Notes: generated by a model from the letters alone, not told the origin. 64,000 nucleotides of DNA from Syncephalis fuscata S228 (GCA_025786725.1 JAHLTZ010000030.1:248001-312000), one strand, 5' to 3'. Shown: positions 39,944-53,140, numbered from the stretch's first letter. Numbers and translations: made by a program.

Positions 39944-42412
39944 ATGTCGTTAAAGCAAGTTAACAAAACAGAACAAGCTGAAATACTTGAAACAGTTAAA
40001 CTAATTACACGGGCTGGCGAGAATGAGCCCAATGCTCAACACTTGAAGGTTGGTTGACAACGCATAGTGCAACTATAGCCTTGACAACAGCGGCAGCAGC
40101 AATAATAACAATAACAACAATATATTGCCTTGTAGACGTTCAAAGCATTTTGCAAAGCATCCAACGAGCATACGGCGGCAGCCTATGAAGTGCTTTTTAT
40201 GCAGCTACGTACAAAGCATGCTCAGGTATGAAGTACTACCATAGCTGGTAATAAGCTATGCTGGCGAGTTTAATAGCGCACTAACAGGACAGTACCTAGG
40301 TACGGCTGGCCACGGTACAATTACTTGTTGTATTATATGAGCGGTCGCAGCATGCACGTACTCTGGTGCATGGCGATATTAACGACTGGATACAACTAAC
40401 CGTCGGCGTACATAATGAACGACTGCCACCACCCAAAGAATATGCCAACCGATTGCGCCAGTTAATGCTTAATAGTATACGCGATTGGTATGATCGACGC
40501 GGTGACCGACATCGAGAGGTAAACTATACAAATATTGTGTTTTTAGCTATCTAATGATATGTCAGTTACGGCTAGCATACGAATATTTAAAGCAAAATGC
40601 CGGTGTCGATTTTGGCAATACAAAAGGATCAGTGGCTCGTATGACACACCGTAACGACGAAACAGCCGAAGAAAAACAAGTAAATAGACTGATGGATAGT
40701 GGTGATTGGATATTTATTTGAATATAGGAAAGAATTCAAAGAAATGCTCGATTGAAACGATATGAAGCTATTCGACAAACCATTGAACGTGGCACTTTGA
40801 CCGTTGTAGAGAATCTTACAGATATGGTAAGTAGTTAGATAAATAGTACAGCTTTTACTTATACACTATTGTAGGAAAGCTGCTTTGATATTCTTGTGCC
40901 AAAGTTATTTGAAGATACATTAGAGAAACCAATGCAGAATAGTGAAGAGAAATATAATAATAATAATAATACAACATTGCGCCAGGTGATTCAAATAGTT
41001 TAGTTAATTTATATAAATGTACTCATTCATTTTGCTAGATGGTACATGAGCATGGCTTAGGATCATCACGATATGCTTTGACAATCAATCTAAATGATTC
41101 CGATCATGCTGAAGTACAAGAAATTCCAGAAAATCGTATTTTATTTGAAGAACTTCGTACAGGCCGTCGTTTATTGAAAACACGCCATTTAGAACGTATT
41201 ACTGGATGGCTTGATGCGCTTGGTCATTCAGAAAGCGAAGTAAGCTGCTACTAGTAATACGACAATCTTATTGAGTTATAAACATTAGAATCCAGTTGAA
41301 CGGGAAACATTACTAAAAGATTGTATTGATTTAAAGGAGCGCATTGAAGAGGCACTAAATAAATGCGATGAAATGGGCATTACCGATGAACGAGATGAAG
41401 ATGATTTATTTGAGGTTGTTGCCGTTAATGCCGAGCCAGTTGATTCAGCCAACCAATTAGAGGATATACAAACGAATGCAGCTAGTATACAGTCTACTAA
41501 ATCTACACTTCAAGGTTTATTTGCACCCAATGATTTTCCTGATATTGAACAAGATCCAACTTATGCACACAATACATCTCGGCCATTGGCACAATCTGAG
41601 GTGGCCAAGGGAAAACAGCCGATGGTAGCCGATAAAGACGAAGATAATGAAGCTGAATCGTCAGATCCACAACGTGCAGGTATTTAACATTACCTTAACA
41701 ACATTATGTTATTATAATTAGTTAACACTTGATTTTAATAGCATTAATGGCTACAGCACCGTATATTGAATATGGCGATGATATCCACTATTGGAATGAT
41801 CGCGAAATATCTATTAATTCATCGGGACTTGGTATGAAATATTTATAGTTGATATATAAGCCATTAACATTTAAATTATTAGAATTATCGCATCGGTTCT
41901 ATGGCACCGCCAATCCAGATAGTGTTTTATCAAATGCTGGCATGGAGCGATATCGATTACGTGCCGTGCCACTAAGTCATATTACAGATGCATCAACCAG
42001 TAGTACTAATGATCCTAGTACTAGTACTAATGCTAGCAATACTAATAGCAGCTGCAAAGTGAATCCATCGATTAAATCATCTGCCAACTCGTCTAAACAG
42101 TTGTGGGAACAAATTGCCGATGATGTTGGCAAACAAACCAATGCACCCGCAATAGTTAATGGTCGATCACGACGTAAACGTACAAAGTATGATGGACCTG
42201 GTCTTATTGATATTTATAAACAGCCTAAAAAGACGGCCCATGAACGCATTATTGAACGATTCTCCGATAAAGGTACACGTAAAATGGCTGAACAAGTAAG
42301 TTGTGTTTATTAATAGTACATTAAATTAAAGGAGTACTAATGACCGAGCCATTAGAGTATGGTGTATCGTCAGCGACTGCGTGATCGAGATCGCAAACTA
42401 GCACGTTGGTGA
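39944..42412 (+). CDS. UVSSA: UV-stimulated scaffold protein A (TC-NER factor) homolog, multi-exon
   Basis: VHS-like N-terminus LK..K..CK.S, HAQVRL, ERS, LPPP, IRDW, LAYEYLK; CFDILVP; HGLGS; APYIEYGDDIHYW; HRFYG; C-terminal TAHERI. Confidence 0.85.
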
Positions 42413-42767
42413 TTTAAGGGATAGTATAGAGTTTAGAGGGGATACTATTTTCATTTACTTAACAACCGCCATGGCAAGTAAAAATAAACGATTGTTTACC
42501 CAGGTTACCTCGGTTATTCTTTCTATCAAGGCATAAGATCTAAAGATAATAAAAGCCGCGATTAATTTGTTAAGGAATTTGTAAATTATTACTTGTTAGT
42601 CATTTTAATTTATTCTCTCTCTCTCTCTATTATAATTGATAAGGTTGTGTTAATAATAGCAAGTTATTTTGTGCTGCTATTATTATTATTGCCTATCCGA
42701 CTCTATTATTTAAGTGGATTTAAACAACAGTTTTGTTATAAACAACGCATTTAATTAGCGTAGTAAA

Positions 42768-45148
42768 ATGCGGTGGCCTAAGACTTGTCTGATGAGGTCA
42801 TCATTATCGGCGGCCTTGCTTATTGGTGCCGCCCTGCTTGGTATTATTGGTGTTGAAGCCAAATACATTCCAAAGCATCATACAAAAAATATTAGTAAAG
42901 GAGGGGATGCTACATTGGCCCATACAAAAAGCAATAGTAGAGGAAATGGTGCTACATTGGCCCATACAAAAAGTAATGGCAAATGCCAACATCAAATAAA
43001 CTTGTACTGTATTGGGGCCAGAACTCGTTTGGTGCTACTCATGGCAACGATAAGACGCAATGGGAGAATCGTCTTACTCATTATTGTGAAAGTGGCCTAT
43101 TAGATACGGTTGTGCTATCATTTATGCATGTATTTGGTCTATCGCCCGACACACAAATGGACTATGCAAACCATTGTCCACCAACTCAATTAATTGCCGG
43201 CACTAAATTGCTCGACTGTCCTGAACTGCGTGGAGATATTCAACGATGCCAAAGCTTAGGTGTTAAGGTGCAGCTAGGACTGGGTGGTGCCGCGGTAGTT
43301 ATGGATTCAATAATGACGAACAAGCCATAACATTTGCTAATCAGCTATGGGAGAGTGCTTTCTCCGGTAATGGTAAAATAAGACCGTTTGGTGACGTGGT
43401 TCTCGATGGCGTTAATCTTGATATCGAGGGTGGCAATCCATACAACTATGCAGCCTTTGTCGATCAGCTACGACAGCTTCATAGTAAAACGGGACAAGCA
43501 ACCCATACATCAAAACACAACACTAACATGGCAGTATCGGCAAATCATCGTACTCGTCCACTGATTATTACAGCTGCTCCTCAGTGCCCCTATCCCGATG
43601 CTTATATGCACGATGTACTAACAAAATCTGAAATTGATGCTGTTTACGTGCAATTCTACAACAATTATTGCGGCACACAAGCCTTTGGCACATCCAACTT
43701 TAATTTTGATGTTGGGATGAATGGTCGCGCAAGATTGCTAAACGGGCAGGCGCCAAAATCTTTTTAGGTGTACCGGCTTCACCAACAGCCGCTAATATTG
43801 GCTATGTTGCGCCAGACAAGCTACAAGAAATTATTACATCGGTCCAGACGCGTTACCCATCGTTTGGCGGTGTTATGATGTGGGACACAAGCCAAGCGTT
43901 TGCCAATCAAGATGATGGTAGTCGTAGTTATGCTATAGTGCAGTCAAAGCACTCAATGCTGCCTGTGGCCAATCTGTACCTATGGAAGCGGAAATAAGAG
44001 CAGCAACTACGGCATCAATTGCTAATTTAGAGACAGCAATGGTAACAGCAGCAGCAGCAGCAACACAGAGGCAACAGAAACAGCAGAAGCAACAGCAGCA
44101 TTAGTGCCAGATACATCAAATGCTTCGGCTGAAACATTATTGTCGACACTACAGTAACACTAGACCAAAATACGGCGTCTTCACCAGTCGAGACTCCTCA
44201 ATCCCAACCAGTTATGACGCATCATCCAGTTGCTAAACCCATACCGGTAGCACAATCCTCACCTACTTCATTGGACAAACATCGTGAAGACCACAATCAA
44301 ATGAATAACCATCCTAGTAATAATAATAATAATAATAATAGCGAATCATGTCCAGTGGCCAACACGGCCTGTCGTGACTCAACATTCGATTGCAACGGTA
44401 ACCAATTTGCTCAATGTGTCTTTGGTAAGTTTAGTACTTTAATTCTAATATGAATATATCAATTGATTTATTGATTTATTGATTTATTAATGCATTTATT
44501 TTTATTAGGTCGCTGGGTCATGCGCACTTGTATGAGCGGCACAGTTTGTCATCGCACGGCCGATCTTAATAGCGTCTTCTGTGATTTCCCCACCGACTTG
44601 ACACCATCATGCAGCAGTCGCGGTCGAGTCACGGCCGCACAGAAATTGGCCGTCGCCTCTGAGCGCCATTCACTTTGGGTGTCACGCGAACAAGCAACTG
44701 CTGATTTATTGCCCGACCAGAAGGTGCGTATGGTGTACTTGAACGCCAATAGCACACATATGGAGGCATTAGCAAGTGCTTCAGCGGGCAAACAGCCATT
44801 TGGCCGCGATTGGGAGTTTGAATTGGCCGTTCCGCACGGCACACGCGTCGTTAGAGCTATTCGTACACAAGGACCTCGTCATGAAAAAATGGTCAGCCAC
44901 TCGAAGTGGTCGATCCCATGCTAGAGGCTGACTTGGATGGCACCGGTGCTACACGGTCACTCTTTGTTATACGTGGCAATCGTGACTACGAACCAAACCA
45001 AAGTATGCGCGTTGATGTTCTTGTAACGCTAGCAGCGGACAAACTAGATACCGACTCGGATTTGTCCATTCATCCTGTCGTTGCCGCAAATCAAAAGGGC
45101 GCTGCCTGGAGTGAAGTTGTTTCTAGTTCGGAATTGAAGCGTCTCTAA
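42768..45148 (+). CDS. GH18 (class III/Cts1-type) chitinase A with CBM19-like and C-terminal domain; one intron, several apparent frameshifts
   Basis: [48 protein letters not shown]; Cys module FAQCVFG|RWVMRTCMSGTVC. Confidence 0.85.
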
Positions 45149-45284
45149 TTAGTGGCACTATAGCTTGCGTGCGTGTATAACATGTGTGTGTACAACTTGT
45201 TAGCAAGTCTGTTCGTTTATTTGCTCACCCAATGATTGGTTTTTTTATGAATTATTGAATAATAAACCGAGCCCACGTGATACA

Positions 45285-45784
45285 TTAAAGAATTTCTATC
45301 GTGCAACTTAATGTTTGATAATCATTTATTACACTCTCTTTTTACTTTTGAAGTAATATTTTATCGTTGTTTAAAAATATTACAAGTGATCTCTTTACGT
45401 TTCTAGTAATAAAAATGTCAATAAACGTGCTAGTTGCCTAGTTTTTTATCTTAAGTAAAATATCTTTAATGGGATGTAATAGACTTGTTACATTTTATTC
45501 ACAATAGAATGTACGACCAGAATGTTGTAACACGTTAAAGAATTTCTATCGTGCAACTTAATGTTTGATAATCATTTATTGCATTCTTTTTTACTTTTGA
45601 AGTAATATTTTACCGTTGTTTAAGAATATTACAAATGATTTCTTTACGTTTCTAGTAATAAAAATGTTAATAAACGTGCTAGTTGTCTAGTTTATTGTCT
45701 TTTTGGTAAGTATTTTTTGATACAATGTAACAAGTCTATTGTATTGTATTCACAATAGAATATACGACCAGAATGTTGTAACAC
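45285..45784. repeat. Recent tandem duplication, 250 bp unit x2
   Basis: ttaaagaatttctatcgtgcaacttaatg...cgaccagaatgttgtaacac begins at 45285 and again at 45535. Confidence 0.95.
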
Positions 45785-46331
45785 AGCCCTTGTTTAACGC
45801 TTACCCCCCTTAAGCCAGTTTATGTTGCAATGCCCGAAGTGCGTATACGTCATAGCACATAATATATTGCCTACAGCTATAGTTACAGTTACTAATACGA
45901 TGACTAATGTTATCATGAATACTGTAATAAATAATGGTTAAAATAGTAAAATATAACATGTAATAAATAGAGCAATGCTTAAAATGAAGAAACACCAATT
46001 ATATTTATTAATAGAAGCTTATTGGTACTATATCTCTTTGGCGCGTAAATAAAAATGGCATTAAAAATATGAACAAGTACTTATTAAATTATAAAAAGCG
46101 GAAAAGGCAGGTTAATTCGTATTACTATATTTGGTAGCACAGGCATTGTGAAGTATTATTGCTAGCTATAAAATGATGCATGTCTGGGCGATCCACTACA
46201 ATTGCTTCTATATTCTTAACAACACGCTATTGTAAGGCTATCACGTCTACAAACGATCTTTCAACACTTCTTGTTTAAATTTACGATTTTATTTTGTTTT
46301 TAACAATTTTATTTGATACTTTAAAGTAACA

Positions 46332-48074
46332 ATGTTCAAATTAAAGCTATTGGTCACTGGCCTGTTATTACTCGCAACGATGGCCGGCATCAACGCGGCC
46401 AACGTATCACTGCGTCCACGGCCTTCGGTTAAAACTGCTAAAGCAACATGTAGTCCACAATTGGTCTTTTACTGGGGTCAGAATTCGTATGGTGCAAACA
46501 ATGAAAAAGATACGGCCAACTGGGAGAAGCGACTCGCTTATTACTGCCGCACAAAACAAATCAGCAATATAGTCATCTCGTTTATGCACATATTTGGCCG
46601 AGTTCCAAGCGAATTTGACCTTAGCAGCCATTGCGATGCAAGCAAGCGCATACCGGGCACAAAGCTGCTTGATTGTCCTGAGCTGCGTGAAGACATTAAG
46701 ATTTGCCAGGGACTTGGTGTTAAGATTGAGCTTGGATTAGGCGGAGCAACAGGCAACTATGGCTTCGCAAACGATGCACAGGCCGTTAAATTTGCCGAAG
46801 AATTGTATAACATTGCATTTGCCGGTAAAGGCAAAGCACGTCCTTTTGGGCCAGGTTCACTGGATGGCGTCAATCTAGACATTGAAACGGCAAAAACAAC
46901 AAGCTATCCAGCATTTGTGCGTCGACTTCGTGAGCTGCAAGGCAAACAAGGCCTACTTGTCACAGCTGCTCCACAATGTCCTTATCCAGACGCCGCGCTT
47001 CACGATACACTTGTGAATTCCGAAGTTGATGCCGTCTACGTGCAGTTCTACAACAATTACTGCGGTATGCAGGCATATGGTACAAAAAACTTTAACTTTG
47101 ACACTTGGGCCGAATGGTCGAGCAAGGTTGCTAAAAAACGCGGCGCTAAAGTCTATTTGGGCATTCCGGGATCGCCCAAATCGGCCGGCAGTGGATATGC
47201 GTCGGCAGCACGCGTTAATGAAGTAGTAAAAAAACTGGCCAGCGCCTATCCAAGTGTATTCGGTGGTGTAATGATGTGGGATGTCAGTACGGCCTACATG
47301 AATAAGGATGGCGGCAGTAACTTTGCCAATGCTGTCCACAACTCATTAAAGGCAGTTTGTGGTAAAACACAAGCAGCGCCTGTTGAAACATCCATTGTAT
47401 CGGATCAATCAGATGTGTGTCCGGCAGTTGGTGCATCTTGCACTGAAGGTGCCTACAGCTGTGCTAATGAGAATGTCAGCATATGTATCAACGGTCATTG
47501 GACACACCAGCCTTGCGGTTCTGGCACAGTTTGCCAACATACAGCCGATTACACTAGCGTATTTTGCGATGTCCCTAACGCTTTACAAGCAAGCTGTACC
47601 AAGAATGCTACGACAAAGACCGCCAATTTAATTGATATAAGCCTTAAAGCTAATGCTGATGTCAGTGCAGCGCTTAGCCTTGTCTATCAACAAGCCAATG
47701 CAACACACTTAACCGTCAGAGTTGCTGCACGCGCTGAAAGCAGCAATACTGCCAATACCGCATTCCGCAACGAATGGACATTCCGCGCGCAAGCGCCAGT
47801 CGGCGTTCAGCTTGTGGCTACCTCACGCGGTCGTATCGTTTCGCGTGGTGAAGCAAACAACGACAATAACGTCATCAGCATCGTTTCAGAAGCGGCTAAA
47901 GAGCCAGCAAGTAGCATGCTTGTAGCGTTTGAGCTTGTATTGAAACGTAGTGAATCTGAAGCTGCCACTAATAATCGTTCTACTGTTAGTCTATCTAATG
48001 ATAAGATAGTTGCATTAGCGCCAACCAACCTAAATTCTGCTGCTTGGCTTCATGTTTTGAGTAATGCTCAATAG
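46332..48074 (+). CDS. GH18 chitinase B with CBM19-like and C-terminal domain, intronless, 580 aa
   Basis: Signal peptide, [38 protein letters not shown], Cys module. Confidence 0.95.
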   Translation: MFKLKLLVTGLLLLATMAGINAANVSLRPRPSVKTAKATCSPQLVFYWGQNSYGANNEKDTANWEKRLAYYCRTKQISNIVISFMHIFGRVPSEFDLSSHCDASKRIPGTKLLDCPELREDIKICQGLGVKIELGLGGATGNYGFANDAQAVKFAEELYNIAFAGKGKARPFGPGSLDGVNLDIETAKTTSYPAFVRRLRELQGKQGLLVTAAPQCPYPDAALHDTLVNSEVDAVYVQFYNNYCGMQAYGTKNFNFDTWAEWSSKVAKKRGAKVYLGIPGSPKSAGSGYASAARVNEVVKKLASAYPSVFGGVMMWDVSTAYMNKDGGSNFANAVHNSLKAVCGKTQAAPVETSIVSDQSDVCPAVGASCTEGAYSCANENVSICINGHWTHQPCGSGTVCQHTADYTSVFCDVPNALQASCTKNATTKTANLIDISLKANADVSAALSLVYQQANATHLTVRVAARAESSNTANTAFRNEWTFRAQAPVGVQLVATSRGRIVSRGEANNDNNVISIVSEAAKEPASSMLVAFELVLKRSESEAATNNRSTVSLSNDKIVALAPTNLNSAAWLHVLSNAQ

Positions 48075-50079
48075 CAAATAATGCCTAATAGCTGGCAACT
48101 AGCAGTTATTATGTTTTTATGAATTTGCGATGTCGACAACTAACTATAACTGCTCAATAAACAATTGATGATTTATATATATTGCTTTATTTTCTTAAAT
48201 AATAATACTAATACTAAATATGGTGATATGAATTTAGAAAAATCTTTAAAAATACCAATTTAATAAAAATATTAATTCATATCCGTTTGTTTGTGTTACC
48301 ATCATTTCATTTTGTAATAGCTAAAAGATAAAAATGGAAATTAATTTATGATGGGGTTTAAAAGTCATACTTATTCATAAATCATAGCGTTACCATCTAG
48401 TACGTGCTGTGGCTGCACTTCCGACGATGTACTACACTTATGATGCCATTACCTATCGTATGATAACAATATTAACGAATGGAGGTACATAGTTAACTAA
48501 CACGGCAATAGCGGTAACAATAACAGTAACGGATGCATAGTGACTGTTCATCTGTAGAAGCACAGCAGTTACTAGATTATCATAGCGAATCAGCAGCCAT
48601 TTTTATTGGAATACACCGGAAGTGATACAACAGACAATAGGAAGAATAGACGAGTATTTTTCTACCAATAGAACTAGCAATGCTCTCCTGCATTCGATGT
48701 GTCGCGTAACACCTGAGCCATTTATGTTACTACATTACTTTCTACTCGAATTTACTTGGAACAAGCAAATAAGTGAATTAGAACACTCTTATTGCCTCCA
48801 ACACTTTGAGTCTAGATCTCCGAATGACCTACACTATAACAAACAACCGGATATACCCCAGACATTACAGCACGTGTTCTATGTCCCCCGCCTTTACTCT
48901 CACGCACGCACACGCACACACTACTAAACCACGAAGAAATCCATTGTCCAAATGATTCTCCATTAATTCTATCAAATTTTAACTTCGTACAACAATACAA
49001 AGTAAGTCATGACGGCCTGTTGTTTTCTTAATGGAAAGCGAACAGTTGTACGCACGCCAACACTTTGGACACTGAAACGACGATCCTTTGTCCTCGTTAT
49101 GTGTACGAGCGTTGGTCGTTAAACGGCAACGACGCTTCCATTTTTTTATGATTTACTAACAACAACAGCACTCGATCCCAAGACACATCCATGAATGGTT
49201 TAATATCAGCTGTGTTTCACGAAGTTAAATCCAATGTGGCTGCCGCTCCTTATTCCTTACTCCTTACTCTGGATCAAATGTAGAATAGCAGCATTCTACA
49301 GTACACTATTTGAATTAAGAGCATGCTGATCCAAAAAACAGCTATCCCGTGACATACCGTACGAGCCTTTGCCAGCACAGTATCGTCATTTCAACGCATG
49401 ATGCTGCTACTGCTTGTCGTTTACTTCTAAACAGCATCATAGTGGAATGATACACAACTATTGAGTTGTGCAGTTGTGGAAATAAGAAAACCGGCCAAGA
49501 ATGTGTGTTCAGAAGAAAACAGCGATGCAGTATAGGTAGTTCCATATGCACGTCTCTTTATTGTGTGACGTGGACAGCTGATCACGCGCCTTTTAGTTAA
49601 CGCATGTTCATATAATGATTTCATTAGCCATTTCTCATATCTGCAATGCAGTGGGGTACTCGGCATAAACGGGGTCACATTGGTTGTTGGCTCATTCCAT
49701 ACACACACATCACAGACTGGTGGGTTGGTTAATAAAATGATGATTTCTTATACATGTGTGTACTACAATTATCATTATGGATATGAATTATTACTGCGAT
49801 GACTACACATCCATCATGTCAGGTGTTCTGTGACCGCTGAGTCACGTTCGATTGTCTATTCGAATCAATGGCCGTATGACATTACACTTTGCCATTCAGC
49901 GTTGTTCATATCTTGTACGTAATATATGAAAACCATTATAAAAGATAATACTACTAGCCTTTAATCTACTGTTCTGCATACTCTTACCTCCTCTTGTTAT
50001 CTACTCCCTTTAACGCAAAAAAGCTTACGATACGAACAATTTTCAAGTGTTAACCTTGTATTTATTTCTTTTCTTTTTG

Positions 50080-50170
50080 GTAAGTCTCTAGCTTTGAAAT
50101 TGTAACTAATAATCATTATAATGAATACTAATCATTTTATTTGCTATTATTACTACTATTTTATTAATAG
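50080..50170 (+). other. Probable 5'-UTR intron ending directly at the chitinase C start codon
   Basis: gtaagt donor at 50080, ctaat branch motifs, tag acceptor at 50168-50170 immediately followed by ATG. Confidence 0.6.
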
Positions 50171-52171
50171 ATGAAATCTAACAAAATGATGACTGATCGC
50201 TACTCCTTTTGGCAACTTGCCGCGGCCACGGCCATTTTGATAACTGCTTTTCCTGTATCAAGTTATGCGGCTGCAGCCGGCACTCGTAGTGTCGATGCAC
50301 CAACCAGGGCAACGATGGCCAGTGCGCCAGAAACATGTAGTCATGATACCAAACTCGTCCTTTACTGGGGCCAAAATTCCTTTGGATCGGCAAATCCGGC
50401 TGATAAAACAAAATGGGAAGGCCGCCTTGCTGACTATTGCCGGTCAGGCAAATTAGGCACTGCTGTACTTTCATTTATGCACGTTTTTGGCCAGGGTCGT
50501 GATAGGACACAAGTTAACTTTGCTAATCACTGCGCACCTGAAAATACGCTGCCTGGATCACAATTGCTTGACTGTCCCGAACTACGCGAAGACATCAAGA
50601 TCTGCCAGGACCTCGGTGTTAAAGTCGAGCTTGGACTGGGTGGTGCCGCTGGTAGCTACGGTCTAAGCGACAACAAAGCAGCCGTTGCATTTGCCGACGA
50701 ACTTTGGGACACCGTATTTGGCGGTGATAGCAAGACACGTCCATTTGGTTCAACTGCACTCGATGGTGTTAATCTCGATATCGAGGGTGGCAGTCCATTT
50801 GGCTATGCTGCTTTTGTTAATCGACTTCGCGAACGCCAGAGCAGTGCCGGCTCAAAGGCTCGTCCACTTATTGTCACTGCTGCACCTCAGTGCCCATATC
50901 CCGATGCCTACCTTGATGATGTCATGAAAAATGCAGCAGTCGATGCTGTTTACGTGCAGTTCTATAACAATTACTGCGGTACACAAGCCTTCGGCACTCA
51001 AAACTTCAACTTTGATATCTGGGATGAGTGGTCGAGCAAGACTGCTAAGATTAAGGGTGCCAAGGTCTTCCTTGGTATACCAGCCTCGCCATCTGCTGCT
51101 GGTAGTGGCTACGTTCCAGCCTCGCGTTTGCGTGATATCATTTTTGATGTACGCAAATATAACTCATTCGGCGGTGTTATGATGTGGGATAGCAGTCAAG
51201 CTTTCGGCAATATGGAAGGTGGCAAGTCTTATGCTGAATTGGCCGTTGCTTCATTAGAAGCGGCTTGCAACGGTAAGACCCCAACTCCTTCGCCAGTACC
51301 AGTACCAGTGCCTTCGCCTTCGCCCTCTCCTGTACCAGCGCCTTCACCAACTCCAGTGCCGTCACCAGTGCCTTCGCCCTCTCCTGTACCGTCACCATCG
51401 CCTTCACCAACTCCAGTACCGTCACCAGTGCCTTCACCAACTCCAGTACCGTCACCATCGCCTGGTAATGGTGATGTCTGCCCTGTAGAAGGCGGTGCTT
51501 GCCAAGAGGGTAGCTACGACTGTTCAGGCACACAATACGCCCAATGTCTATTCGGTAAATGGATCTTGCGACCATGTCAGTCGGGTACTGTCTGCCGACG
51601 CACTGCCGATCGCCGCAACGTCTTCTGTGACCTACCAAACTCGACCGATTTGCCTTGCCGCCAGCCATCGACGCCTGGTTTCACCCCAGCTGAACGCCTA
51701 CAAATCTCGACGACCAATGCTGCAGCTGAACGCACACGTGCCGCTGCCTTCACCGGTAATGGCCATCCAGCTGATGTTAATGTCGTTTACCAATCAGCCA
51801 ACGCAACACACATGACCGCCCATATCGAAGCAAGCGTCAGTGCAGCCACTCGCAAGTCAGCCATCAACTCATTCAGCAATAGTTGGACACTTTCCTTTGC
51901 GGCACCCAACGGTGTTAGCCCAGTATCTGTAAGTCGCGGCACAATAAACAACGATCAAACTCATGCTACTGCTACAACTGGCGAGGAATGGCGCCGCTTC
52001 GAAGTAAAATCAGAACCATCGAAGGAGCCAGCTAAAAACATGCGCATTGTAATGGATGTTGTGCTTAAACGTGCGGCACCAACTGCCACAGCAGGTTCAT
52101 CGGACGACATTAAGGCAGCATCTGCTCCATGGCTTCAAGTATTGAAGGATGTTCAATTGCAGTCGCAGTAA
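50171..52171 (+). CDS. GH18 chitinase C with Pro/Ser repeat linker, CBM19-like and C-terminal domain, 666 aa
   Basis: Signal peptide, LDGVNLDIE, (PSPVPSP)n linker at ~51280-51462, [20 protein letters not shown]. Confidence 0.95.
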   Translation: MKSNKMMTDRYSFWQLAAATAILITAFPVSSYAAAAGTRSVDAPTRATMASAPETCSHDTKLVLYWGQNSFGSANPADKTKWEGRLADYCRSGKLGTAVLSFMHVFGQGRDRTQVNFANHCAPENTLPGSQLLDCPELREDIKICQDLGVKVELGLGGAAGSYGLSDNKAAVAFADELWDTVFGGDSKTRPFGSTALDGVNLDIEGGSPFGYAAFVNRLRERQSSAGSKARPLIVTAAPQCPYPDAYLDDVMKNAAVDAVYVQFYNNYCGTQAFGTQNFNFDIWDEWSSKTAKIKGAKVFLGIPASPSAAGSGYVPASRLRDIIFDVRKYNSFGGVMMWDSSQAFGNMEGGKSYAELAVASLEAACNGKTPTPSPVPVPVPSPSPSPVPAPSPTPVPSPVPSPSPVPSPSPSPTPVPSPVPSPTPVPSPSPGNGDVCPVEGGACQEGSYDCSGTQYAQCLFGKWILRPCQSGTVCRRTADRRNVFCDLPNSTDLPCRQPSTPGFTPAERLQISTTNAAAERTRAAAFTGNGHPADVNVVYQSANATHMTAHIEASVSAATRKSAINSFSNSWTLSFAAPNGVSPVSVSRGTINNDQTHATATTGEEWRRFEVKSEPSKEPAKNMRIVMDVVLKRAAPTATAGSSDDIKAASAPWLQVLKDVQLQSQ

Positions 52172-52449
52172 AATGTTTCATCTGCGATAACAAGATACGA
52201 CGTTACGATTTCATTCTATCTATCAGTGAATTATACTAATTCATAACGCTAACTAATGGTTAATTTTTATAAATATCTTATTTTATTCTTATAAGAAATA
52301 AACACTTTCTTATCAGATATGCTAATTGAATAGTAACAAATGTTAACTGTATACAACTTTACAAATTATTATAATTTTACTTATTAATTAATACGTAATT
52401 TTTTCAGTTATTACATATAATAAAAGCTGAAGATCAAATGACTAGATAT

Positions 52450-53140
52450 AATAATATTGCGCAATTGCACTGCACATTCATCTATTGAACATGGGACAAG
52501 TGGTGAGTTTTATTTAATCATTACATCATCACATTTATTGTTTGCATGGTGGTCAAATAACTATTTTTAATAACATTCATCTATTGAACATGATGATGGG
52601 TGGTGAGTGACATCAGGTCATCAAATACTCGTCATCATAGATTTATTATCCAGTATGCATATATCCACCATTTACCTATATCATTGCCATTCTATTTATA
52701 CTACTATGTATCATTCTACGATACACTAGACACATTCTATTGTTTATATGCTTCATTAAATTCATTCATTCCTCTCATTGCATTATATGCACTATAGCTT
52801 TAACATCGTTTTATATGCTTTGTTACCGTACATTTATCATTCTATATTCGCATAGCCTTCCTCTATCCAATACTATTTTTGTTTTTTGTTCTAGCCTTAT
52901 TATCAATAAATGTTGACTAATTCCGCCCATTAATTATGCATATATGTTCAATAACTTTAACATGATTAATCGTCGTTCAATATTGTATATTCATTATATT
53001 GTATATTATTTTATTAAATACTGGTTATGCGCTGTCTAGAACTGTTGTCTGTCTAGTCTTAACTTTATTACCAGCAATTTTGACTCATTTTAGTCATTTT
53101 AATCATTGAGTTATACTGCTAGAACAAGCAATACAAGTAT
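52450..53140 (+). repeat. Dispersed repeat family A copy
   Basis: Collinear similarity with 6990-7420, 2110-2470 and 26555-26620. Confidence 0.85.

Noticed and set aside
42768-45148. Chitinase A as a true pseudogene
   Set aside because: The breaks I could resolve are homopolymer single-base losses like those in essential genes, and catalytic motifs are intact; assembly error is more likely, though unproven.
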